Shown: positions 13,090-24,237 of the stretch, in pieces
How positions within the stretch are numbered: position 1 is the first letter of the stretch
Layout: every line of letters begins with the position of its first letter
Assembly: GCA_036785375.1 (NCBI GenBank)
Contig: JAWMAR010000234.1
Coordinates: 2,480,001-2,544,000, forward strand
Origin: Leucoraja ocellata
Taxonomy: Eukaryota
DNA: 64,000 nucleotides
Direction of reading: 5' to 3'
Made by a program: the position numbers and the translations under genes
Notes under the pieces: generated by a model
What the model was told of the DNA's origin: nothing
Seen by the model: the letters and a program-made list of their open reading frames with translations, nothing else
Database searches by the model: none

Positions 13090-13320
13090 AGGCATTTTAT
13101 AACAAACAGGCAACAGGCCACAGAATAGTCTCTATAGCTCTCAAGCCCCGCACTGGAATCCTAGGTGGTGCAGGTGGAAGGAAACAGCATGTCCAAAATC
13201 CGTGGGGTGCCAAGAATCCTCCATAAGCATATTGTGATGCTAAGGGGAGCAAAGAGTTCAAGAGATGAGTGTTTGTCAGCCAGTGCAGGAACAGAAGAAG
13301 ATTTGAATGAAAAAGACATA
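13090..13320 (+). pseudogene. Fossil Myb/SANT-like ORF of a PIF/Harbinger element
   Basis: Remnants ALES*VVQVE and a frameshifted QCR..F.D resemble the ALEALV.EV...QCRKKFND trihelix signature. The ORF is convergent with the nuclease remnant at 14250-15030. Confidence 0.45.
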
Positions 13321-13472
13321 ATGTGTTTTGATTTCATGTTCACAGTCACTGGTTTAGGTATTGACCCACAGTATTTTAGGGGAGAGGACAGAGTCACGAT
13401 CAATACAGGGTGACACACTGGGTATGACTGGTTTGCGGCAAGTAAAAGGAAAAGGATAATGTATAGTCTAAG

Positions 13473-13484
13473 CCACTAGAGGGC
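13473..13484 (+). promoter_or_regulatory. CTCF core motif
   Basis: CCACTAGAGGGC matches the CTCF core consensus CCAC[CT]AG[AG][GT]GGC. Confidence 0.55.
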
Positions 13485-14249
13485 AAGGTCACACCTTGCT
13501 ATGATGGACCGATGGAAGAACACTGTACAATGGTACATTCATTGGAAAGCCTGTGTTCAGTGTAAAAGAAAATAGAAAAATCCAGCACAAACAAGATTCA
13601 AAGCTTTGCTTGGAGCTGGGACTACATCCTTCCCAACTCTGTTTGCACAATGCAGCAAAACCCATCCAGCATCTGAGTTTAATTCTAGTTAAATTCTACC
13701 CCGGACATACGGCTGGCATTGAACTTGAGCTTGCACTTCAGCTTGCGATGTTTCGCAGTGGTAACGCATTCTGCCTCTTCGAAGGAAAACAGCATTCAGC
13801 TCCCCACTACTATATCTCCAAACAATGGTCTTATTGTTGTATGTCAGCCAGTTACTGGGGTCAAGGAAAGAGCATTCACGTCACGGCCCTGTTTCCACCA
13901 ATCTTTCCACCACCACGCATAAGAAGCGCAAGACGCCATTGTATGCAGATGCCGAGAAGTGTGTTCAGCTCTGGCTGAACAATTTCTAATCTTGTGATGT
14001 GGACTCGATAAGAAGAAGCTAGTTACTCCAAGTTGTTGCCCCCCATGCAGTATCCAGCAAAGTCTCTTTGACACAGTGTCCCTAAAAACCTACTGAACCC
14101 ATCTGCAGTCACCTCTCCTAAAAACCATTGAGCATTCCCCAGCATTACTGTGGCCACTGAGAAACAAAGGTTGACAAAGGCACACGCACCTAAGGAATGC
14201 ATAGACACTCAGGTGAATTATTCCTGGGAGGCCAGGCAGCAAAGAACAT

Positions 14250-15030
14250 TCTAGGTTGCCTCTTTCCTACCACTTCCTCCTCTTGATCCTGTTTACTGTT
14301 AATTTGCAGCAAGAAAATAAGCCCTCATGATGGTAAGCGTGCCAGCACACAGCAGAACACGCACAAATTTCCACAACCACTCTGCTCAGTACAGACCCCG
14401 GAAATGGTGCTTCAGCACCGCAATGATCCCCTTTCGTGTTTCACACGTCCATGAATGAATGTGTCTTGCACACTCGTGTGGTCAACAGTTAGCCCTTGCT
14501 ATTGGAGCTGTGATCACGATTCATTACCAGCTGGATGCCGAGAGTAGTTTTCAATTTGGGACAGTGTTGATATACGCCGCAAAAATGACAATGATGCCCT
14601 GCACCACGGGGATGCTTGCAGTCCTTAGAAAATTGAATGCTCTCACTGATGTCCCTGGCAAGGGGGAATGAACTATAATTGGCTCAGTTTCAACTGAGCA
14701 CATTATTAACTTCCCTCATGCAATAATAGCAAGGGAGTGCAGGATTTTGGAAGTGTGGGATTTTGCAAATACCTTCAGGTCCAGCACAAATGGAAGTAGA
14801 TATATAAAAGTTTAATTGGCACAATCATCCTGACATCCTGAGGTATCTGAGCAGCAGGAAGTATCATAATTCAGAGATGGTGTCCCCATGTTATATACAC
14901 ATTGCTCCCTGATGAATTTCTGATCAGAGGAGTGCACCCTAAACATCTGGGCAGGCAGCAGCCTTCTCCTTCTACAAACTTCCAGCAGTTTGCTCTGCTC
15001 TGCAATTTTGTCTTCCAATTCATCCATATC
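14250..15030 (-). pseudogene. Fossil Harbinger transposase (HARBI1-like DDE nuclease)
   Basis: Frameshifted remnants occur in the expected order: RRRRLLPAQMFRVH..REQC; PLARD..RAFNFLRTASIPVVQGII (cf. RARGFARIAGFP.VQGAIDCTH); IIAVLKHHFRGL (cf. TIGVLKQRFRCL); a CC.LHN.AIMR-like motif; and an acidic tail. Confidence 0.7.
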
Positions 15031-15189
15031 TGGGAGTAACTAGTTTACACAAATGAAGTCAACAAAAAGTCATTCAGCACCTTCCACTCCACCCCCAATT
15101 TACTTCTGCAGCCTCAAACAACTATTAAAAGCATCAACCACGTTTATAAAAGAAGCAACACTCAGTTAATCAACCAGAAACTAATATGC

Positions 15190-15315
15190 AGGAGTGAATA
15201 AGGAACTGCACATTCTGGTTTAAACCGAAGATAGACACAAAAAGCTGGAGTAACTCAGCGGGACAGGCAGCATCTCTGGATAGAAGTAATAGGTGACGTT
15301 TCGGGTCGAGAACTG
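15190..15315. mobile_element. Penelope-derived short repeat (single arm)
   Basis: GGAACTGCACATTCTGGTTTAAACCGAAGATAGACACAAAAAGCTGGAGTAACTCAGCGGG..GTGACGTTTCGGGTCGAG. Confidence 0.8.
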
Positions 15316-16054
15316 TCTTAGTGATCCCTTTAAATAACATAATTGGAGTTCCTTCTCCCTGCTGATTATGTATTTGAGAGTGCATGTGTAATAAATGCAT
15401 GGCTAGTGGACAAGCAGTGCGCATCTCACTAATATTTATAAAGTATTCAGTACAACTCAGGCCATGAATGCACATTTACTTCTGTATCACAGTCAACTAT
15501 TTTGACACCCAAAGCCACTTGTGGTGGCAAAAGATAAGTTTTCACATCCCATTTATACCTAGTCACCTGCCAGTGCCCCGTGCCATTTACAACATGTAAC
15601 CATAATTCTGAACATTCATTGTCAGACAGGAGTGGCCTATTCACCTTGCTGAAGTCAATAAAAAAGAACAATTCAACAAGGTCCAAGAAGGCTATCCCAC
15701 TACCATAGCTCTTTTGCCCAGAGATAAAAAGCAAATTTAATCTCAGCGCCATCTCCTTTATTAAATGCAGAATCTCCTTAAGGACAGTGAAGGAGTAAAT
15801 AAGGATTGTACTAGGGTATGCTTGCAAACTTGATTATAGCAAAAATTATGCTTGAATGTGAATGAATTGACGGATTACATGTAACATTTAGTTGGTAAGA
15901 TTCAAATTTCCCAGCGTGATCTCAACAACATTACATTTGTTAACTAGATTCTCATGATAACAGTCCTATTATAAGTTTACTTTGTGTAGCTTCTAGACCC
16001 ATTCCAATACTTGAATGCATTATCGCAGCTAACAATTCAATAGTTGTGATATTA

Positions 16055-16310
16055 GAGTTATAGAGTCATACAGCATGGAAACAGGCCCTTCGGCCCAACT
16101 TGTCCATGCCAACTAAGGTGCCCCATCTGCACTAGTCCCACATGCCAGCGTAGGCTCACACATCTCAAAACCTTTCCTATTCATGTACCAGTCCAAAAAT
16201 CTTTTAAAAATGTTGTTATTGTACCTCCTCTCTACCTCCTCTGGCTATCATTTCATATACCCACCACCCTCTGTGTGATAAAGTTGCCCCTCAGCTTGCT
16301 ATTAAATTGT
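16055..16310 (-). mobile_element. CR1 LINE 3' end
   Basis: AGAGTCATACAGCATGGAAACAGGCCCTTCGGCCCAAC is the reverse complement of the CR1 3' UTR. Confidence 0.8.
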
Positions 16311-16573
16311 AATGTCAAATACAATTCCCATTACATTGTTAAAAGTTTCATATTTTAGACAAAGTGAGGCCTGCTGACTGCTAGGATGCGCTTTGGAAGA
16401 TCTATACAATGATCCAAGTTACAGCAGGGAATACTGTTGCTGTTCTAGACCACATTTGATGGTCAACAAACGGCAGTGAAAACTTACAATATTTACTGGT
16501 TATGAAACATTACTGTGTATATTTAATTGTATATATGAATGCACATAAAATACAATGTGCATGATGTCATTAA

Positions 16574-16796
16574 AGGACCTGTACCACTTATGCGATTTCT
16601 TTCGGCAACTGCCGGCACCCGTCATAGTTGCAGCAGGTCGCTGAAAATATTAAAAATGTTGAAAATCCAGCGGCGCCCTGAAAAAGGTACAACACTTTGG
16701 GCGACTATTCACGACCAAATAGGCGTCACGTGTAGACATGTCGCGGGGTGACGCCTGTAAGGTCGCCGAAAATATTGCATAAGTGGGACAGGCCCT
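16574..16796. mobile_element. PIF/Harbinger MITE
   Basis: TIRs AGGACCTGTACCACTT / AAGTGGGACAGGCCCT with TAA/TTA flanks and a CpG-rich palindromic interior. Confidence 0.85.
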
Positions 16797-17377
16797 TTAT
16801 GTCAGCATTTTGAGAATGTGATGAGGTAATATGTAAATACAAATCACTTTCCTTCTATGATACCTAAAAGGGATAAGTGAGGTACATATGTTTCAGTCTA
16901 GCTTCCGAAACAGACAAATCCAGAATAATCTAATTCGTTGGTTACAATGATCAGTATAACGAGGATCCTTTGTACTATATGCATATATGAGAATACTTAA
17001 TTCACACAAAAAAAATGTTTCCAGCTCATTACAAAATTTTCCAAGTATTCTAGAAATAACATTATTTCATACTTGTTTCATATACCCTGATTCCGGATTC
17101 AAATGTTTTTTTTTATAATTTATGGGCATGCAAGGCATACATTTCTGAATTAATAAAACCGAATAATCCGCAGACATCACATTATTTCCATCATTTAGAT
17201 ACATAAATGAACACATAGAACTTGATTTCTGTGCAGAAGTATATCAGCATTTATACAGTAAGCATTGGTGAAGCAATCACAAGCGTTTGTTACATTTCAG
17301 TCCCTGTTTCAAGGATTTGACCCGCTAACTAACTAGAAATTACATTTTTACAAAACAGATTAGCCATTCACCCTTAC

Positions 17378-17650
17378 CTTCAACCTCAAAAAGGCAAATT
17401 ATATATTTGTGTTGCATTCAATCCCAAAATTTAAGCAATAATGCAACCTTTAACTGGCTTCTACATAACATGCTGTCTGACAGATTGTACTGTTTGTATT
17501 CTCTTTTCCCTACCCAATCTCTGAGCGTGTGCATGACATAATCCCTCCTGGTCAGTAAGATGAGATAGTCCGGCCTGTTTATATCACTGCGGGCTGTCAA
17601 ATTGCCAATTATTGATTCTTTGCCAAGGGCATCGTGACAGATATTAAAAA
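17378..17650 (-). ncRNA. Predicted exon F (273 nt) of minus-strand non-coding transcript
   Basis: Acceptor tttttttctttcaatttttag|TTTT and strong donor TTGAAG|gtaagg. All three frames contain stops. Confidence 0.6.
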
Positions 17651-18671
17651 CTAAAAATTGAAAGAAAAAAAATACAAGACACTAATTAGTCTAATTATTT
17701 TTACTTTGTTCAATTCACAATCTTGAAAAGATTATTGAATCAGTTGTTATAATTTAATTTCCATTTATATTTACGATGCCCTGATTGCAACATCAAGTCT
17801 GACAAGGGCGGATTTACCCCTGGTCTTCACAGAAATGTTGCGTTCTTCAGTTTATAAAACACATATAGGCAATGATTCAGTAAGTTCGCCAGCAATCCCT
17901 GTCAAAAATGACAGTGCAAAAACTAAACTTCACTAATGCACTCATTCCACCAAACAGATTTTCCTGCTGAAAAACAGCTAATTTCTTTGAAAATAAATCC
18001 ATAACACAGTGCACCATCAATATTGGTTACCACCATCTAAAGAGGATGAGGTCTGCATAATAACCCACCAATTATTCACAGGTACGAAAAAGAAAATGTC
18101 AGCTGCTTAATTATATTTTTTCACTTGGAAGCTGATAATTCCAGTCAAACCTCAGCTCCAGTTATTATGTTACAGTTTCTATAGGAATTTTACATTTCTT
18201 CCACATTAATAGAATGGTCCTATTCCACAATATAATGAAGGACAAAGTCCAGCTCTCTTGCCATATCGGATCACTTTGCACAGTATCAAAATATATTTTC
18301 TCTTCTCCCATTCCAAAATGGAAGATCTGTCGGTATTGGAATGGCTTAACAATAATAGCAGTGTTATTCCTCTGCCACCTACTACAAATGAAGTATTAGG
18401 CAAAGCCTGAACAACAAGTATTGTTAGAAAAATAACTCATCTCACATTAGCCCTGTAATAACTGTTTCCAGAGATACAAATAACTGAGGTTTCTTTTCTT
18501 TTTCAAGCTTGTATTAATCACTACCAAAGCCTATCGCTACACAACCTAACTATTGGAATTTCACTGTACAGGTTTGTCTGTTAGACATCTCGTTCTTCTA
18601 GTCTATTAGGTCATTTTCTTCATTTCTAAAATATACTTTAAACAACTGGTGCCTGTGGGCTTTTCTCTTAC

Positions 18672-18772
18672 CAAATGTCAGAGAAAGACCATTTCAAAGA
18701 GTAGCATATTGCATCATGCAGAATTCAAAATAAGTTTTGAGAACAAGCAGAGCGCAGCTAAATAAAAGTAGC
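18672..18772 (-). ncRNA. Predicted exon E (101 nt)
   Basis: Acceptor ctctttccatgtttgttttacag|GCTAC and donor CATTTG|gtaaga. Confidence 0.6.
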
Positions 18773-19440
18773 CTGTAAAACAAACATGGAAAGAGGCTGC
18801 TAAAGAAATTGGCATTTATTTTCAAATTAGTTACTGTCCATAACTTGCAATTACCAAAATGGTTACTTAATAAAAATGATAAAGGAAAATAAACCATATT
18901 TAGAAAATAAAATACTTGAACTTGGACGAATCAGCATTTCCTGATTCAAGATAACATGGTGTTTTATGGGGTTTGGACTATTATTTGCGTGATAATAGTC
19001 CATTTTAAGTGGATTCATTTAATTTGCTGACGATCAGGAGGTTTACATTAGCATTAATGAAAGTGTGCTCTTAGTAAGCTAGATGTCAGTGTACAAAGTA
19101 TTTTTTGATGAAAACATGCAAGCGCTTAATGAATATCAGTAAATAAACAAGTGTTAAATACAGGTACAGGAGGCAGAGATAGATTGACACGCACGCATAA
19201 AGGCATATACAAAACAGAAGTAACAGGAAAGTTCAAGCCTAGCTGACGTATATGCAATTCAATCGACCTTTAAAAACTGTACACAACTACTCGCACTTTA
19301 TACAGTCAACTAAAATAAAATATATTTAAAAAACTAACACCTAGTGATATCTTTCTTTCAGCAAGGCAAATTTTAGATTAGTAGATACCATTACAATAAA
19401 TAGTTGCCACATTCACTGCTGGTGCCCACAAAACACTCAC

Positions 19441-19615
19441 ATCTGATTATGACAATATCCGTTTAGAAAGTCGAAGATAATCGTAGTTAAATATAAGCAG
19501 TAACTCTCAGGTTTTGTTCGCACATTCTTCAAAATGACCTAATAATGTTCAAACGCCATGCTTAAATAGTCACGGAATAGAAAATAGTTTTATTTTGACT
19601 GGGATCATTCTGATC
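19441..19615 (-). ncRNA. Possible additional exon (175 nt)
   Basis: Donor AGAT|gtgagtg; weaker acceptor tttattttttttaatcaag|GATC. Confidence 0.3.
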
Positions 19616-20460
19616 CTTGATTAAAAAAAATAAATCATAAATCATAAAACAATTTGGAGCTATATAAAGCCAATTGGTAATGTCTTTGAGCAGAATGTTA
19701 TGCCATTATAAGAAGCAACCCAATGCATGGAAACAATGGAGGATTGCGGTCAAGCTAACACGAGAGGACAAAATGCGCCGCGAGACACAACTAATCTGAC
19801 CAACTCAATGCACATATTAGTCGGAAGGTTTAGATGATGATTCTGCTTTATAAGAAGTAATCATCATTACCAATTATAAGGATTTTAGTTAGATGTTATG
19901 TAATCTGCTAACTTGCAGACACTGGATTGGACTGACCATGTGTCTCAGATGACCTGAGTCATCGCTTGCTCAATCAAATTTTTAAAAAAATTAATAGAAC
20001 AAGTTTGGAAACACATATACGTAACCGAAGAAATTCCATAGAAATCAAATGTTCTTTTTTCTCTTTTTAGATATTGTTATTCAGATTCTACAGAAAAAAA
20101 ATATTAAATGTAAACTGCACCTAGAAACGGAATATCCAAAAGCCGATTTGTCATTGGTAGATTTGAGTAGCACAGGGTTAATTAAAAATTAAGAAAAAGA
20201 TGCAAACGGGTCCAAGTATATACAAGGTTGTTTCACTACTCCAGCACATTCAAGTAATTGTGCCCACAAATAATCATTCCTAAAAATCATTGTTTCTCAA
20301 ATAAATCCGACAGTAAAAATACAGTAAGAAAGTGACAGGATAAAAACACAATAAATTGTTGATTTTTACAATTACAAAAAAAAGCAGAAGCCAGAATTAC
20401 TTGATACAGTGTGCGCGCCAAAATCAGACGACACAACAACAGGCATTTCTAAAAGCTCAC

Positions 20461-20509
20461 TCAATACAGTCCATCCAAACAAAGCATACAACTATACCAA
20501 CTTTAGTAC
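20461..20509 (-). ncRNA. Predicted exon D (49 nt; alternative acceptor extends it to 20530)
   Basis: Acceptor tttttgtttcgttccgtttag|GTAC and donor TATTGA|gtgagc. Confidence 0.4.
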
Positions 20510-20710
20510 CTAAACGGAACGAAACAAAAACTGCAAGAAAAACTCAAATGAAGAGGATAGGCAGTAATCTACTAAGGGTTATATGCATACGCCAATGTCA
20601 AATTTGCGGAAAGCACTTTGGTGCATAAGGTTCATGAAAAATACTTTTGGGGAACAGCAGAGCCATTTTCATACTCTCCCTTTAACCCCTAACATTAAAT
20701 ATTCACTCAC

Positions 20711-20927
20711 CCTCACAGGAAGACGTTTGATCCATTGTGTGTATTGAAAATAATCATTAAAGCAAACCCAAAAAAACAAACAAATCAGCTCTTATTTTCT
20801 CTGCTGTTTCACGCTGCCCCATATTCCTGCGCCAGTAAAGGGTGGTAACCAACAGAGACACTGCATTATAACCCAGGAAGAAAGACTGGCATTGGTCCTA
20901 GAACATGTGCACTCTAAAATAAAAGAC
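20711..20927 (-). ncRNA. Predicted exon C (217 nt; alternative acceptor at 20913)
   Basis: Acceptors gtttgtttcctag|GTC or tcttttattttag|AGT; strong donor GTGAGG|gtgagtg. Confidence 0.55.
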
Positions 20928-21249
20928 CTAGGAAACAAACCTTCGCTCATCAGCGAATTGCAACTTCACTGTACTAAACAACCACTTTAAAGCCAAAATG
21001 GGAAAAATACGGAAAATTTTGACATAAAGCAGAGAAACAAACAAAATTAAGCACGAAAGATGGAAACTACAGCAGGCGCTGCCATCTTTCGAAAGTGAGG
21101 CAGCAGCGATTTTCATACACATTGTTTGCAAATATAAACTTAGTTGGCTATGGCATTCATATTAGTGTAAGAAACTGAAAATACAGCCCATCATTACAGT
21201 ATTGCATAAAAAGAACAGTGGATGAGGGTGAGAGAGAGAGTGCAAGAGA

Positions 21250-21387
21250 NNNNNNNNNNNNNNNNNNNNNNNNNNNNNNNNNNNNNNNNNNNNNNNNNNN
21301 NNNNNNNNNNNNNNNNNNNNNNNNNNNNNNNNNNNNNNNNNNNNNNNNNNNNNNNNNNNNNNNNNNNNNNNNNNNNNNNNNNNNNNN
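21250..21387. other. Assembly gap (138 N) within GA-rich microsatellite
   Basis: Run of N flanked by (GA)n on both sides. Confidence 0.99.
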
Positions 21388-21436
21388 GACCGTGAGAGAG
21401 AGAAAGAAAAAGAGAGCGAGAGAGGGAGATGCTTAC

Positions 21437-21502
21437 CCCCAAAAAGTATAAGATATCGTCAGGGACAGAAATGGGAAAGCATTCACCTTGTATCCTGCCA
21501 TC
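21437..21502 (-). ncRNA. Predicted exon B (66 nt)
   Basis: Branch-like ctgac, acceptor ttttcttgtctgcattacag|GATGGCAGG and donor TTTGGGG|gtaagc. Confidence 0.7.
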
Positions 21503-22674
21503 CTGTAATGCAGACAAGAAAACAGTCAGCTCCATTTTTACAAGTACTTACAGGCCTGAGTAATGGAAGGCGGTCCCTACCTAGCAACCACTTCCAGTTT
21601 TCATCTGCAGGCTTTCCCTGCCATCCGTGCCCCCAACTCCCGCCCCCCCCCCCCCCCCCCAACCACCTTCAGTTGCCAGGCTAGTGACAATGGGAGGCTG
21701 AAGGGTAGCTGGAAACCAGTGTGTTAAACTCGTCTGGTAGTTAACAAGTCTTTGAATGAAGAATGTTAGCAAACAGACAAACAGCATGTCTGATGCATGC
21801 TAATAACATTGCTGGTCCAGCCTCACAACCAAGCCTATGAATTATTCAACAGACAGAAGCGACCACCACCGCCCCCACCACCATCCACCCCATCAACATG
21901 CTCCCCCCCCCCCACCCCACAATTCAAATACCAGCAGTGAGGACAAAAGTATCTTCATACATTTTTCAAAAAACAGCTCTGTCTATTTTCCCTTCTTACT
22001 TCCAAATTGAAAGTGAAACTAACATGGCTTAACTCAAATTATTTATTACTTTCATTCCAGAGTATCATCAATAATCCTTTTCGCACTGATCTGAATATTT
22101 TCTTTCACAGCCTATTTTATGTCTTTTGTCTGAAGTTGGCACCTGTCCCAACCAGCGCTCTGCTGCACACCCTGTTCCCTTCCAATCAGTATTTGGAAAA
22201 AAAAATGAGGACCCAGAAGTGCAGCTATTTCAACACAGCCATCGGCAGATCCACATCTAACGCTGTCCTTTCATGCACAGATGCGCAGTATAATCAGAAG
22301 ACCAAGCTGTTTTCCTCTGAGTGGCAGTATACTCTCGTATTTTGTAGCAAGCATCACCATAACCCATGCAGGATTAAGTAGGCACACAGTAAAATTCAAT
22401 ACTCAAATCAGGAAAGATTTATTCATTTCAATAACACATTACAGCTGCACTAACCCTCACGTTACTTCACAGAAAGCCAAAAAGAAAGGAAAATATCATT
22501 CAACCAAAACAATGTGAACCTCATCTTCTGCCAACCAGTCACAATAAAGAAACAATAAACAAAAATCCAGTTTGTCGTGAGGAGAAATCTTCTGGTCTGG
22601 CAAAGGCTGTCTGAGGGGGAGGCCCTTGCTACAGGAACAGAAGCAGTATAAGCATAGCTCAGTCGCCCTCTCAC

Positions 22675-22950
22675 CAGAGTGACTGCAACTGTCTATCAAA
22701 GAGGAAAGAGCTGTACCGAGAGGCCTGAGCTGATGATGAAATAGAGGCATGTTCTCTCCCCCACCACCCCCAACGGCACCCCCCGCCACTCTCCCCCTCC
22801 TTCTGCCCCCTGTGTGAGAGCTAGCTACTTTCATCACACACACAGCCATGAATCGTGCACCAACGATCTTCTGCCTGAGCTGGACCGCACTGCGCCAGCG
22901 CACACACTCGCCTCCTTGCAGCCTCCACCCCTCCTTCCCTCAAACGATTG
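22675..22950 (-). ncRNA. Predicted first exon A / promoter-proximal GC-rich segment (5' limit approximate)
   Basis: Local GC/CpG-rich island (GGAGGCGAGTGTGTGCGCTGGCGCAGTGCGG) ending in the donor CACTCTG|gtgaga. No clear upstream acceptor. Confidence 0.5.
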
Positions 22951-23927
22951 CACACTCTTTTGAGCCAGGTAATGAATTAAGACACGAGACGGATTTCTTC
23001 AATCTTTAAAAAACACATCATTCTCAATGCAGCCTTACTAATTAACCTTTTACTTTCTTTCTATAGCTGTACCCACAGCAATCGCAAGAGATAATGCGCT
23101 ATTTTAAAAAACAATTTGGAAAAAGAAAGTCCTCGAAGATTATATATCAAAGCACATTACTACAAAGCATCATTATTTAGCCTTGAGAATCAATATAGAA
23201 AAGTAAATCCACACTTAATTGAATAATTTTGTTCTCATGTCCCTGCTCTTAACCAGCTGCTCAACCAAGTTAAAACTGTTCGACCCTTACAACTATCTTG
23301 GCATGGAGTCAAAGGCTGATAAGCATTTGGGCGAGACAGCAACTGCTGTGCTGGAAGAAAAACAGCTGCCATGATTGCTGTTAGGTTGAAAATGTGCAGA
23401 AAGCAAATCTGGCTCTAAATACTGCACATAAAATGCTGCTGGACTCCACTAATCAGTACATTTTGGAACCTATTTTTCAGACGATTTCAGCAAAGTTTCC
23501 ATTTTTTGCTGTGCTTTTAAACTTTGCCTGTGCAGCGTGCTTCCCTCCCTCCCCGCCCGTCCCCTCCCCCCCAACAGTAACCTCAAGCAAACTTAAGGAA
23601 TCGTGCCAAAAGTCACGTTGCAGCTTTAAATGCATTTGTTGGGAGTGTCCTAGGATTCGAGCTTCGCTTCGCCAGCTAACTCAAATTATAATTTTAGCTG
23701 GCTATCGTGAATTGAAAGTGGTATTTTTCTAAGTAATATTTTTATGATCAACATATGGTAGATTACTGTAACTCTATTGTAAAACAACTTCCTGCCCCTT
23801 TTGGCACAAGTTCGAGAAGCTGCTCGAATAAGTTCAGAGTACATATTCCTACCCCCTTCCACCAGCATCACCCCGCCCACTCTACGCCTGCTGCTGCTGC
23901 TGAAAGACCGAGGCAAACTTTTTAACA

Positions 23928-23930
<3 letters not shown>

Positions 23931-23964
<34 letters not shown>

Positions 23965-24022
23965 TCTCGCACATCCTCTCTTTCTCTCCCTCTCTTTCCC
24001 TCCCTCTCTTTCTCTCCCTCTC
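23931..24022. repeat. (CT)n/(GA)n polypyrimidine microsatellite
   Basis: About 90 bp of almost pure C/T on the plus strand. Confidence 0.95.
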
Positions 24023-24237
24023 GCTGTGTGCTTTGGTAGATTTAGAAGAAGAAGAACAGTTTACATGGACAGCTCTATTGTTGAGCATGTAGCAACCGAA
24101 GGAAGTCAAAAGTTCAACTCGACAACTTGTGAATCTAAAAAAAGGTGGGGTTTATTTTTGAACGCTAGCTCTGATAGCGCAGTTACGTTTGCTGGCTTTC
24201 ACTCCTGCATTCCCGCCCTGGAGACCGTTCCACTCAC

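Noticed and set aside
17411-17447. GTTGCATT..AATGCAAC stem containing minus-strand TTATTGCTTAA (first 11 nt of miR-137)
   Set aside because: The rest of the mature sequence is missing and the stem is too short for a pre-miRNA.
17418-17650. Exon F as a coding exon (VFNICHDALGKESIIGNLTARSDINRPDY..)
   Set aside because: The frame ends in a stop before the donor, shows no recognisable homology, and no consistent long frame runs through the neighbouring exons.
19834-19936. C box ATGATGA with downstream CTGA (possible C/D snoRNA, + strand)
   Set aside because: It is antisense to the predicted host, lacks a proper terminal stem, and has no recognisable rRNA/snRNA guide.
21432-21449. CTTACCCCCAAAAAGTAT closely resembles the 3' part of miR-129-1-3p
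   Set aside because: The seed (AAGCCC) and the 5p arm are absent, and the match is explained by the exon B donor read antisense.
24055-24076. REST/RE1 site (GGACAGCTC)
   Set aside because: Only the right half-site is present; the left half TTCAGCACC is not matched.
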